A DNA stretch of 64,000 bases from Octopus bimaculoides. Lineage: Eukaryota. The number at the start of each line of letters is the position of its first letter. The first letter of the stretch is position 1. Below the pieces are notes generated by a model that made no database searches, was not told the origin of the DNA, and was given only the letters and a program-made list of their open reading frames with translations. Made by a program: the position numbers and the translations under genes. The stretch is taken from assembly GCF_001194135.2 (NCBI RefSeq), contig NC_069008.1:16206359-16270358 (forward strand). The letters run 5' to 3'. Of this stretch, positions 1 to 12,664 are shown one piece after another.

Positions 1-1848
1 TGTGCAAAGCGCATCATATTACTGGAATATCTTTTATTGGAATTGAAAATATCAGTGTGAGAGTCTGGTATGGCGTTGACAAAGTATATATTTATGTATA
101 TAGACATGTTTGTGTGTGGGGGGGTGTACCTTTATATATATGTATTAGCCCTTCTCTGTCTCTTTCTTGTACACACACACACACACACATATATTTTCTC
201 TCGTTGTTTCTTTTTGTGGAAGAGCGTAGATTCGAAACGTTAAAGACCTTTTCACTTCCCGAACATTAAACTAATACATCTGTTTGTGTCTACACCACCT
301 GACTTCGTCTTTTGTTAATTCTCCCCCTATATATGTAACCTGGTGGACATCGTTGGCGATTTTTTCTTCCTCCGTTTTTCCCTTCTTCGGACTTTCCTTG
401 TTTCCGACGAAGAGCTCCGCTCGAAACGTTATATTCTCTCTCTTTCCTTTCCTGAGCGTCCAGTAACATAATCTGTACCACGTCCTCACGTTGTTTTTTG
501 TTGTTGTTTTCTTGTCTTTTTCCTTTTTGAACTTATATATATATATATATATNNNNNNNNNNNNNNNNNNNNNNNNNNNNNNNNNNNNNNNNNNNNNNNN
601 NNNNNNNNNNNNNNNNNNNNNNNNNNNNNNNNNNNNNNNNNNNNNNNNNNNNNNNNNNNNNNNNNNNNNNNNNNNNNNNNNNNNNNNNNNNNNNNNNNNN
701 NNNNNNNNNNNNNNNNNNNNNNNNNNNNNNNNNNNNNNNNNNNNNNNNNNNNNNNNNNNNNNNNNNNNNNNNNNNNNNNNNNNNNNNNNNNNNNNNNNNN
801 NNNNNNNNNNNNNNNNNNNNNNNNNNNNNNNNNNNNNNNNNNNNNNNNNNNNNNNGTATTTTTCTCTTGTTAATAATTAGCACGGTAAAAATGGATAAAT
901 AGTTACAAGGGTAGCAAAAAATCACACAAGTAAAAAGGTTGTAACTCCTTCTTTTTAAAGGTAGAAACTCCGGGTATACGTGAAATATTTTGTATGATAT
1001 GAATAAATAAATGGAGTTAAACGCAGTTGTTATTCAAATTGTTTTACTTCCGACGCATGTTTCGAAGATATCACTGGTATTATTCCAAAGGAATAAAATG
1101 GTGTAAAACAATGTAATCTTCTTTTCTGGAAAATGAAGAAATATAACTGGTCAATAAGACATTTTAACAGAAAATGACGGATATGTGTAGTGATTAAGTG
1201 AACGCTAATAAGTTTGTTTCAAAAAAACGTTAGAGGAGGAGGAATTTCAACCATGTTTCGTGGTTTGCTACCACAACTGCTCCTTTATAGGATCCAGTTA
1301 GCTCAAGACATCATCAGGAGGAACCACGTCCGGTTTCGGCCCCCACTCCTCTACCGTTTTGACGTTCCCCCCCTCCTTTCGGAGGTGTCTCCAGCTCTGG
1401 TGTTGGGTGCATGTCTTCTTTCTTCTATTCCCTGGCCTCTTCGATGCAGCATCAACGAATGTCAGCGTCCGACTGACTGTCTTGTCAAATTCCCCTATAA
1501 TATAATATCAAAGGTAGCCTATAGAAAGAGGAGGGCTGAAGGAAAAAATAAACCTCCAAGGAAATGAGAAGCATATAACTATATGTAAATTAAATAAAAC
1601 CATATAGACTTGGAAAAAGATATATCTATTGAATATGAATCGCCACCATCACAAACAATCATTTCTTCAATAATTCCTCCGACGAATCACACCACCACCA
1701 TTAAACCACTTAGTAATCTGTAAGAATTATGAAGATTCGTTTATCATAACGAGATGGTAACCATGGTAACTTTGGTAAATCATATCAATCTTTTTTGTTT
1801 TTCTTAACTGGAGAGCAGAGACTGTAATTTTCTCCCTTGATGCTATGT

Positions 1849-1973
1849 ACTTCCGTTTCCGCTGCAATTATTGTGGACGAAGAACAACAATAATTTGTTT
1901 TGTATCTTTTGAGGGAAATTTGGTGAAATTAAATCTATTTTCACACTAAATATTGATTTGTATATTATAACAG
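1849..1973 (+). promoter_or_regulatory. Z1 promoter motif and putative non-coding exon 1
   Basis: ACTTCCGTTTCCG at 1849-1861 and donor CAG|GTAAGA at 1973/1974. Matching acceptor TTTCAG|ATTAA at 3696/3697. Module repeated in paralogs. Confidence 0.65.
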
Positions 1974-4072
1974 GTAAGATATACATACATATTTATCTAT
2001 ATACACACAGTAGCGGACATCTTATGCGGCTTCTAGAAATCCCGGAATACTCTGCAATAATATGTATTAATTAGGCACGTGCACGTCTCATAATTTCTTT
2101 AGTCATAATTGACCTGAAACTAGCAAAAGGCTCAACCAAAATATATTTTGATATGGAGTTCTCTTGCGTCTCCCCACTCGGGTGAGGATCTTTCGAATAT
2201 TCCTCTAACTGTTTTTTTTTTTTTTTCTTGGAATTTTCGCAAAATGTTTGTGTCTTTGCATTGTGACTCCGGAATTAATAGGATCGGGCAAAAAAAAAAT
2301 TCCAATTCTTTCGCAATGAGGAATCGAATAAAATGCTTAAAAATAACGGAGGATGAAGTTAGTGGTGGTTGCAGTTCGAAATGCTTGATTAGGGTGAAGG
2401 GTCAAAAGTTTAAAATATGAATTTTAAAATAATTTTGGATTTTTGAGAAACAGCTTGTCTCCTTCCTCCGTTTTCCACAATATAGAATACAATGACATGA
2501 GAGTGGGGGTGTAAAGGTGATGACTATTGTAAAGGCATAAGGAGTGGGGGCAGTGTTTTAAAATGATGCATTTTAAACATTTCTGTTTTAGAAAAAGGTT
2601 TCGCTCATTATTTTGAAAAGCGTAGTACCAAAAATAGTTTGAAAAATCCTGTCGAAAATAAAGAAAATCCAACATAGTTGGAAGTTATTCCAAAAGTTCA
2701 ATCGGCAATCCAGAACGAAGCTATGCCGTGTTCATTCTTGTAATTAATCAAAACAGATGAATCTTTTAATTAACCAAGTGACTTGTGAAGAGAAAAGAAA
2801 TACAAATGTTAATTAATATCAAGCTATTTAATAAGTGAAGCATTTAATTTAAAAGAGGAATTCAAAAAATACATATTACCGTGAGGATATTTAAGATATT
2901 GTCAAAAGAATATTTTCTTTTTTCCTGCAAGTACTGAAAAACCATTTCTGACAAGCTTCACTTTTAATTAAAATAATAGATAGGCTTTTATGGTGGTCTA
3001 CCTTAGTGTAGTGAAACAGGAAAATTGAGATTTCATTCAAAACGGTTTCTGTTTTATCCTAAGAGTCCCTCTGGGCCTTACTTCCCTATGAAATTCATTT
3101 TCATCATCACAAAAAGAAATGGAGATAATTGTAAACAACCACCTCCTTCACCAATCGTAATCTGTCCCCTTTTTATGGGACCATCTTCCATACCAATATA
3201 TCCTGCTCACACACAAGACAAATGTTTTAGCTTTTTTTCATTCAGTTGAAGTTTCGTTGTTCATCTATGTTTTTGCTTGATTTACATGTGGCCACTTCAG
3301 CTGCTAGAAACAACAGCTAAATCCTATGGGTTTTGAAAATTGAACACTATTTGTTGATGTAATCCAGAACGCATAATGTCAGAAGGAACTACAGGATTGT
3401 CATGGCTGGAATGTCATTCACCATAAATGTGCTCAGTCAGGACTGATTTGCTAAACAACAATGACAAATATTATTTTACACTAGTGAAGAATGTTGGTGT
3501 CCACTATTTCAATATGTATGCATAGAAAAATATATATAGATAGATAGATAGATACCAATTTGAAGGTGTAGCTATAGTTTAGAAATATGTTGATTTCACC
3601 CAATGTTATATGATGTCATTTGTTAATAAAGAAATGTTGGAACATTTCCATTTTGATCTCTCCTCTATATCTAATACTGTTTCTTTATCATTTCAGATTA
3701 ACGGATGACATTGGCACAAAACAACTTTTTTAACATTGGACACATCTGGAATATTTATTACTTTTTCTGAGACTAAAGGAGACTGTTTCACACAATAGAT
3801 ATAAAAACACAACTACAATAAATCTGTGGTTGAATTACTGTGAAATATTTGCTCTGATTGAAGATTCATAACAACATTTCTCCATCTCATTATTTCGTGC
3901 TTTTGCATTCTAATTAAACTTGGATAGATTTATGTTTTGACGGCATCTTTAGATATCAGAGTTGATAGCAATTGATATTTCTAAGGAATCTATTATAAGA
4001 AGAACAAGGAGAAAACTATTTGAAGTGGTGAGAAAAAGATAAAGAAAAACTTTAATACTGTGAGAAACTTCA

Positions 4073-4099
4073 ATGATTAGGTCTGTTTTTATCCCTTAA
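4073..4099 (+). promoter_or_regulatory. 8-codon uORF (MIRSVFIP*) ending 4 nt before the Z1 ATG; representative of 8 copies
   Basis: Equivalent uORFs at 19308-19334, 28112-28138, 33797-33823, 39521-39547, 47147-47173, 54550-54576 and 61175-61201. Confidence 0.7.
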
Positions 4100-4103
4100 A
4101 AAA

Positions 4104-5300
4104 ATGTCGAAAGAATTAGGGAAATCATATCACTGTAATATCTGCACTAAATCATTCTCTGAAAAACGTAATCTAACAATTCACAAATGTTTTCATACAA
4201 AAAGGAAGCCTTTTGACTGTGTTACCTGTGGTAAATCATTCACAGAAAATGCTGACTTGACTAAACACAAACGTATTCATACAGGAGAGAAACCATATCA
4301 CTGTGCTATCTGTGGTAAGTCATTCTCTCAAATATCTAACTTGACTAAACACAAACGTATTCATACGAACGAGAAGCCATATTGTTGTGATATCTGTGGT
4401 AAACCATTCTCTCAAATATCTAACATGAATTCTCACAAACGTGTTCATACAAAAGAGAAGCCATTTCACTGTGCTACCTGTGGTAAATCATTCTCTCAAA
4501 TATCTAATTTGACTTCTCATAAACGTATTCATACAGGTGAGAAGACATATCACTGTAATACCTGTGGTAAATCATTCTCTGCAGGTGGTGACTTAACTAC
4601 TCACATGCGTATTCATACTGGAGAGAAACCATATCACTGTGATGTCTGTGGCAAAGCATTCACTACAAGTAGTGCTTTAACTTCTCACAGACGTATTCAT
4701 ACAGGTGAAAAGCCATATCACTGTGATACCTGTGGTAAATCATACCGTAGAAGTGGTGACTTGACTAAACATACTCGTATTCATACAGGTGAGAAGCCAT
4801 TTCATTGTGATACCTGTGCTAAATCATTCTCTGAAAACGGTGCCTTAACTAAACATAAACGTATTCATACGGGAGAGAAGCCACATCACTGTGATGTCTG
4901 TGGTAAATCATTCTCTCAAATGTCTAACTTAACTTCTCACAAACGTATTCATACAGGAGAGAAGCCATTTCATTGTGAAATATGTGATAAATCATTCTCT
5001 GCAAGTACTGCATTGACTTCTCACATACGTATTCATACAGGAGAGAAGCCATATCACTGTGGCATTTGTGATAAGTCTTTCCCTGTAAGCAGTGCCTTAA
5101 CATTTCATGAACGTATTCATACAGGAGAGAAGCCATTTCACTGTGATGTCTGTGGTGAATTGTTCTCGGCAAGTGGTGCTTTAACTTCTCACAGACGTAT
5201 TCACACAGGAGAGAAGCCATTTCACTGTGATACCTGTGGTAAATCATTTTCTCAAAAAGGTAACTTAAAGACACACATGTCTATCCATACAAAGTTATGA
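4104..5300 (+). CDS. Z1: C2H2 zinc-finger protein, 14 tandem fingers, no effector domain
   Basis: 398-aa ORF of 28-aa C-x2-C-x12-H-x3-H repeats with HTGEKP linkers. ATG at 4104, TGA at 5298-5300, ends SIHTKL. Confidence 0.95.
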   Translation: MSKELGKSYHCNICTKSFSEKRNLTIHKCFHTKRKPFDCVTCGKSFTENADLTKHKRIHTGEKPYHCAICGKSFSQISNLTKHKRIHTNEKPYCCDICGKPFSQISNMNSHKRVHTKEKPFHCATCGKSFSQISNLTSHKRIHTGEKTYHCNTCGKSFSAGGDLTTHMRIHTGEKPYHCDVCGKAFTTSSALTSHRRIHTGEKPYHCDTCGKSYRRSGDLTKHTRIHTGEKPFHCDTCAKSFSENGALTKHKRIHTGEKPHHCDVCGKSFSQMSNLTSHKRIHTGEKPFHCEICDKSFSASTALTSHIRIHTGEKPYHCGICDKSFPVSSALTFHERIHTGEKPFHCDVCGELFSASGALTSHRRIHTGEKPFHCDTCGKSFSQKGNLKTHMSIHTKL

Positions 5301-7019
5301 TTGTATCATTTTGAAATTTCTTCACAACACACAACCAACCAACCTTTGAAAACAACTTTTTTTTTCCTGTGCTATGTAAAAAATATCTTGTATAACCACA
5401 AATGTATTCACATGTGAAAGATGATTTAGCAGTGTGATATTTTAAATAAAAGAATTCTCGTATATATTCCATATCACAAATTTCCATCAAAAATATACTA
5501 GACTGTAAAAATAAATATTTCATCATACTTTTGTAGAACAGTGCTTCTCAAAGCGGTGGTCTGTGGACCGGTGCCGGTCAACAAACCATCAACTGCCAGT
5601 ACATGGTGAGTTTCCAGAAAAGAAAGAAACATTATAAAATGCTTATGTAATATTGTATTATTTGTTTACAAAATAAATATAAGATGAAAAATATCAACTT
5701 TTATTATATTCATTATGTAAATTGTTTCTGGTATAAATTAATATTGTGGAGGCGCAATCGCCCAATGGTTTGGGCAGCGAACTCGCGGTCATTGTGAGTG
5801 TTTATTGAGCGAAAACACCTAAAGCTCCGGCAGGGGATGGTGGCGAACCCTGCTGTATTCTTCCACCGAACCCTGCTGTATTCTTCCACCACAACTTTCT
5901 CTCACTCTTACTTCCTGTTTCTGTTGTGCCTGTAATTCAAAGGGTCAGCCTTGTCACACTGTGTCACGCTGAATATCCCCGAGAACTACGTTAAGAGTAC
6001 ACGTGTCTGTGGAGTGCTCAGCCACTTGCACGTTAATTTCACGAGCAGGCTGTGCCGTTGATCGGATNNNNNNNNNNNNNNNNNNNNNNNNNNNNNNNNN
6101 NNNNNNNNNNNNNNNNNNNNNNNNNNNNNNNNNNNNNNNNNNNNNNNNNNNNNNNNNNNNNNNNNNNNNNNNNNNNNNNNNNNNNNNNNNNNNNNNNNNN
6201 NNNNNNNNNNNNNNNNNNNNNNNNNNNNNNNNNNNNNNNNNNNNNNNNNNNNNNNNNNNNNNNNNNNNNNNNNNNNNNNNNNNNNNNNNNNNNNNNNNNN
6301 NNNNNNNNNNNNNNNNNNNNNNNNNNNNNNNNNNNNNNNNNNNNNNNNNNNNNNNNNNNNNNNNNNNNNNNNNNNNNNNNNNNNNNNNNNNNNNNNNNNN
6401 NNNNNNNNNNNNNNNNNNNNNATATACAAAGTGTTTTGGAATGGGGGTGGGGGACAATTTTCGGAAATTCCAACAGAGTCCACTTAAATTCTTCTTAACT
6501 TTCATGAAAATTAATATTTTTTCGTGAAATTTTCTACAAATATACCTTGATGTATGTACATTTCGAGCATGTAGGAATTTTGAAGGAAACAACTGCAGGT
6601 TATTTTTGAGAAGCGTTCCCCACTCGGTGGTGTTTCGGAGCAAGTCGTCCATAATTGTTTCATTTTTCTCTATTATGTGCATCCGTAGATTTCTATTGAA
6701 ATAATAAGCAGAAAAGAGAAGCCGTCATAAGAAAACTTACGTTAAAAATAACATGCACACGACTTCTTTTTTCTCAATAGAAGTAAATTCCAAAGTTAAC
6801 GTTTCTAGTATATGTGTGTATGTATATATAAGTATACATATAAGTATATATTTATGCATGTATATAGGTACAGAAGTGGCTGTGTACTTAAAAGCTTGCT
6901 TCCCAATCACATGGTTTTCGGTTCAGTCCCACTGCGTGGCACTCGGGCTGACCAAAGCCTTGTGAGTGGAATTGGTAGACAGAAACTGAAAGAAGCCCGG
7001 TGTATATATGTATATATAT

Positions 7020-7560
7020 ATTCGATGTGTTATACTTCAAACCGTAAGATCGCCAAAATGGCGACCTTACGAATATTCTTCATTTTCAACGTCGTATATC
7101 GTACGAACTAGGGATTTTAACCTTTAAATTTTGGAGAAAAATGCCGATTTATACTCAAGGATTTACGGTAGAAAGATAAATAAATAGATAGATAGATAGA
7201 GAGAGAGAGACAGAAAGAAAGATAGATAGACGCATTCACACAAACACATATGAACGCACGCATTCTCACAAACACGTACACTCACATGAACGCACGCATT
7301 CACACAAACACATGAATAAGTACACACGTTAACTATGACAGAGTTGTCTCCCTTGCACCACAAATTTTTCTCTTTCCCTCAGACGAAATCTGACAAACCC
7401 CTTTCTATATTCGATGTGCTTTAGCTCAAACCGTAAGATCGCCATTTTGGCGATCTTACGATTATTTTTCATTTTTAACCTCGTATATCGTACGCCCTAG
7501 GGATTTTGACCTTTAAATTTTGGAGAAAAGATGCAGATTTATACTCAAGGATTTACGGTA
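7020..7560. repeat. Two direct copies of a ~150-bp transposon end with a 13-bp-stem hairpin
   Basis: About 7020-7170 matches about 7408-7560. Both end TTATACTCAAGGATTTACGGTA, resembling Tc2/pogo-type TIRs. Confidence 0.7.
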
Positions 7561-9464
7561 GACAGGCAGAAAGATAAATAAATAGATAAATAGATAGATA
7601 GATAGACAAATAGATGGATAGATAGAGGGAGAGAGAGGGACAGACAGTGGGTGGGGACAAACAGATACAAAGACACACACACACATATATGCGCGTGCGC
7701 GNNNNNNNNNNNNNNNNNNNNNNNNNNNNNNNNNNNNNNNNNNNNNNNNNNNNNNNNNNNNNNNNNNNNNNNNNNNNNNNNNNNNNNNNNNNNNNNNNNN
7801 NNNNNNNNNNNNNNNNNNNNNNNNNNNNNNNNNNNNNNNNNNNNNNNNNNNNNNNNNNNNNNNNNNNNNNNNNNNNNNNNNNNNNNNNNNNNNNNNNNNN
7901 NNNNNNNNNNNNNNNNNNNNNNNNNNNNNNNNNNNNNNNNNNNNNNNNNNNNNNNNNNNNNNNNNNNNNNNNNNNNNNNNNNNNNNNNNNNNNNNNNNNN
8001 NNNNNNNNNNNNNNNNNNNNNNNNNNNNNNNNNNNNNNNNNNNNNNNNNNNNNNNNNNNNNNNNNNNNNNNNNNNNNNNNNNNNNNNNNNNNNNNNNNNN
8101 NNNNNNNNNNNNNNNNNNNNNNNNNNNNNNNNNNNNNNNNNNNNNNNNNNNNNNNNNNNNNNNNNNNNNNNNNNNNNNNNNNNNNNNNNNNNNNNNNNNN
8201 NNNNNNNNNNNNNNNNNNNNNNNNNNNNNNNNNNNNNNNNNNNNNNNNNNNNNNNNNNNNNNNNNNNNNNNNNNNNNNNNNNNNNNNNNNNNNNNNNNNN
8301 NNNNNNNNNNNNNNNNNNNNNNNNNNNNNNNNNNNNNNNNNNNNNNNNNNNNNNNNNNNNNNNNNNNNNNNNNNNNNNNNNNNNNNNNNNNNNNNNNNNN
8401 NNNNNNNNNNNNNNNNNNNNNNNNNNNNNNNNNNNNNNNNNNNNNNNNNNACAGAGAGAGAGAGAGAGAGAGAGGAATGGATACAGAGGAGAGAAACATA
8501 AAAATGTATATTTTAAAAGATGAATTGATTGACCACCATTCAAGTGTGGTCGTTACCAGTGCCGCTGGACTGGCTCTTGTGCCGGTGGCATGTAAAAAGC
8601 ACCATTCAAGCGTGGCTGATGCCGGTTCCACTTGACTGGCCCTCGTGCTAGTGGCACGTAAAAATCCCGGCGTTAGAACAGATCAGATTGGAGCCTGGTG
8701 TAGCCATCTGGTTCACCAGTCCTCAGTCAAACCGTCCAACCCATGCTAGCATGGAAAGCGGACGTTAAACGACGACGATGATGATGATGCTGATGTGTGT
8801 GTGTGTTTGTATTTGTTAGTTGTATGTTGTCCCCCCACCATCGCTTGATAACCGATGTTGGTGTGTTTACCTCCCCATCACTTGATGGTTCAGCAAAAAG
8901 AGACTGATAGAATAAGTACTAGGCTTACAAAGAATAAATCCTGGGGTTGATTTGCACGACTAAAAGGTGGTGCTCCTGCATGGCCACAGTCAAGTGACTG
9001 AAACAAGTAAAAGAATATATCTTTACATAAGTTTATATATGTGTGTTTATGATTATATGTGATTATTCTTTTCTTTCATTCTTATATTTGTTTCAGTCAT
9101 TCTGTCTGTGGCCATGCTGGAGCACCACCTTTTAGTCGTGCAAATCTCTCTCTCTCTCAGGTAATTAGTGAGTAAGGCGCACCATTCATTACCTTGCACA
9201 TGTAAACGAAAGCAAAGGATTGTCGTCACTTGTTTATCTGTGTCATCATCGTCATCGTCTGCTTTCCATGCTAGCATGGATTGGACAATTTGACAGCGGA
9301 CTGGCAAGCCAGATGGCTGTACCAGGCTCCAACCTGATCTGGCAAGGTTTCTACAGCTGGAGGCCCTTCCTACGCCAGCCACTCTCAGAGTGTAGTGGGC
9401 ACTTTTTACATGCCACTGGTATGAGGGCCAGTCAAGAGGTACTGGCATCGACTATGCTCAAATA

Positions 9465-9495
<31 letters not shown>

Positions 9496-9957
9496 GTAAG
9501 GCTATATGTATGTATATATTAAATTATATATATGCATACATACTTATACATTATACAGCAACAGGTTTATCTGCATACATATATACATACTAATTATGCT
9601 ATCTATCTATATATATATGTGTGTGTGTACAAATACCAGCACACCTTTTTCATGTCTTTCTCTTTCTGTAGAAGCTTAACGCAGTGCAATGTTTAATAGA
9701 CACTAGATTCCTGACCACGCTGCACAGAAGAGGCACAACTGGATGAAATTATCAGCAATATATGAATGTTAAAGATTATTATTAAAAGAAAAATTAAAAC
9801 AAATAAAAGTCAAATAAATGCATTAAAACAATTTACTTTATTTCTTTCAAATTTTTTTAATGGGGGGAAAAAAAAATGGATTACAGGCAAACGTATTTTC
9901 TCTCTCAGCAGATCAGAACAATGAACAGGATTATATAAATAATAACAGTTATCCTTT

Positions 9958-10165
9958 CTACTATAGGCACAAGGCCTGAAAATTGGGGGGAAGGGGCCAG
10001 TTGATTAGATCGACTCCAGTATGCAACTGGTATTTAATTCATCGACCCTGAAAGGATAAAAGGCAAAGTCAACCTCGGTGGAATTTGAACTCAGAACGTA
10101 AAGATAGGCAAAATACTGCTAAGCATTTCGCCTGACTTGCTAATGATTCTGCCAACTTGCCGTCT
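9958..10165 (-). mobile_element. SINE family C (central ...GACTTTGCCTTTTATCCTTTCAGGGTCGAT...GTACC domain)
   Basis: Copies at 13921-14125(+), 42795-43200(+, split by a MITE) and 44085-44280(-). The core resembles conserved domains of widespread metazoan SINE superfamilies; not assigned. Confidence 0.75.
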
Positions 10166-11929
10166 TCATCGTTTTCTACAATGGGTACAAGACATTATTT
10201 ACATTTGACAGATATTTGTCTTCATCTTGTTTGTTGTTAACACAACGTTTCGGCTGATATACCCTCCAGCCTTCGTCAGGTGTCTTGGGGAAATTTCGAA
10301 CCTGGGTTCTCATTCCTAACGTTGTTACTATTATATTATTATTATTATTATNNNNNNNNNNNNNNNNNNNNNNNNNNNNNNNNNNNNNNNNNNNNNNNNN
10401 NNNNNNNNNNNNNNNNNNNNNNNNNNNNNNNNNNNNNNNNNNNNNNNNNNNNNNNNNNNNNNNNNNNNNNNNNNNNNNNNNNNNNNNNNNNNNNNNNNNN
10501 NNNNNNNNNNNNNNNNNNNNNNNNNNNNNNNNNNNNNNNNNNNNNNNNNNNNNNNNNNNNNNNNNNNNNNNNNNNNNNNNNNNNNNNNNNNNNNNNNNNN
10601 NNNNNNNNNTTCCAGTTGATCCGATCAACGGAACAGCCTGCTCGTGAAATTAACGTGCAAGTGGCTGAGCACTCCACAGACACGTGTACCCTTAACGTAG
10701 TTCTCGGGGGATATTCAGCGTGACAAGGCTGGACCCCTTTGAATTACAGGCACAACAGAAACAGGAAGTAAGAGTGAGAGAAAGTTGTGGTGAAAGAGTA
10801 CAGCAGGGTTCGCCACCATCCCCTGTCGGAGCCTCGTGGAGCTTTAGGTGTTTTCGCTCAATAAACACTCACAACGCTCGGTCTGGGAATCGAAACTGCG
10901 ATCCTATGACCGTGAGTCCGCTGCCCTAACCACTGGGCCATTGCGCCTCCACATTCATTGTATTACCTTATTTGGTATTCTCTGGCACCTTTTCAATCAA
11001 CAGCTTTATCTCTCTTTCCAGATCTACATCAGTTCCGCAAAGCCATTTTTATATAATGTTGAGTAGCCAGTGTATAATTGTCTGCAACACCAAACTTGCT
11101 CTCCTGTCCCTGACCTCAAACTGCATAATCTTACACCGCTATCAAAGCTACATTAATTTCCTGAAGCCTGCTCNNNNNNNNNNNNNNNNNNNNNNNNNNN
11201 NNNNNNNNNNNNNNNNNNNNNNNNNNNNNNNNNNNNNNNNNNNNNNNNNNNNNNNNNNNNNNNNNNNNNNNNNNNNNNNNNNNNNNNNNNNNNNNNNNNN
11301 NNNNNNNNNNNNNNNNNNNNNNNNNNNNNNNNNNNNNNNNNNNNNNNNNNNNNNNNNNNNNNNNNNNNNNNNNNNNNNNNNNNNNNNNNNNNNNNNNNNN
11401 NNNNNNNNNNNNNNNNNNNNNNNNNNNNNNNNNNNNNNNNNNNNNNNNNNNNNNNNNNNNNNNNNNNNNNNNNNNNNNNNNNNNNNNNNNNNNNNNNNNN
11501 NNNNNNNNNATATATATATATATATTCCATTTATATATTTGTTTTGCAAGATTTTTGATGTGAAATCGTGTGTTGAAACAGATGTTGTTGTACTTGGGGA
11601 TGGTCATATTGCCAGTTTAGCCAATAAAATCACACGCACTATATTTGGTGTTAATTTGCTTCAGCTTTATATTACATTAATCCTATTTCGGCCAGAGTTC
11701 TTTTGTCACACTCTGTGACCTCATCAGTGGTCCTTTGCTTTCTTCTTTCTTATGTGTGTCCCACCTTGCTAACTGTCAGCTATTTTGTATTTTGTATGAG
11801 TATGGTTACTGTCAGGGGGTCAGTTTTTACTGCAAAGGGCACAAAAGTTAAGCCATGATTTAGCAGGGGAAACGGTTTTAAAATATTGGTGACTGTGGGA
11901 TGTTCTAATGAATTTTGACAATGGTACAA

Positions 11930-12664
<735 letters not shown>

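Noticed and set aside
1214-1567. 117-aa ORF upstream of Z1
   Set aside because: Non-ATG start, no recognisable domain, and repeat-like context.
3697-4103. KRAB, SCAN or BTB domain encoded upstream of the fingers
   Set aside because: No such motif was recognised and the leader frames contain stops. A coding exon hidden in a gap cannot be excluded.
4924-5274. Antisense or alternative-frame ORFs over the ZNF genes ([14 protein letters not shown]...; also 37455, 38597, 46314, 46836, 54191)
   Set aside because: These are shadows of the 84-bp finger repeat in other frames, with no independent coding signal.
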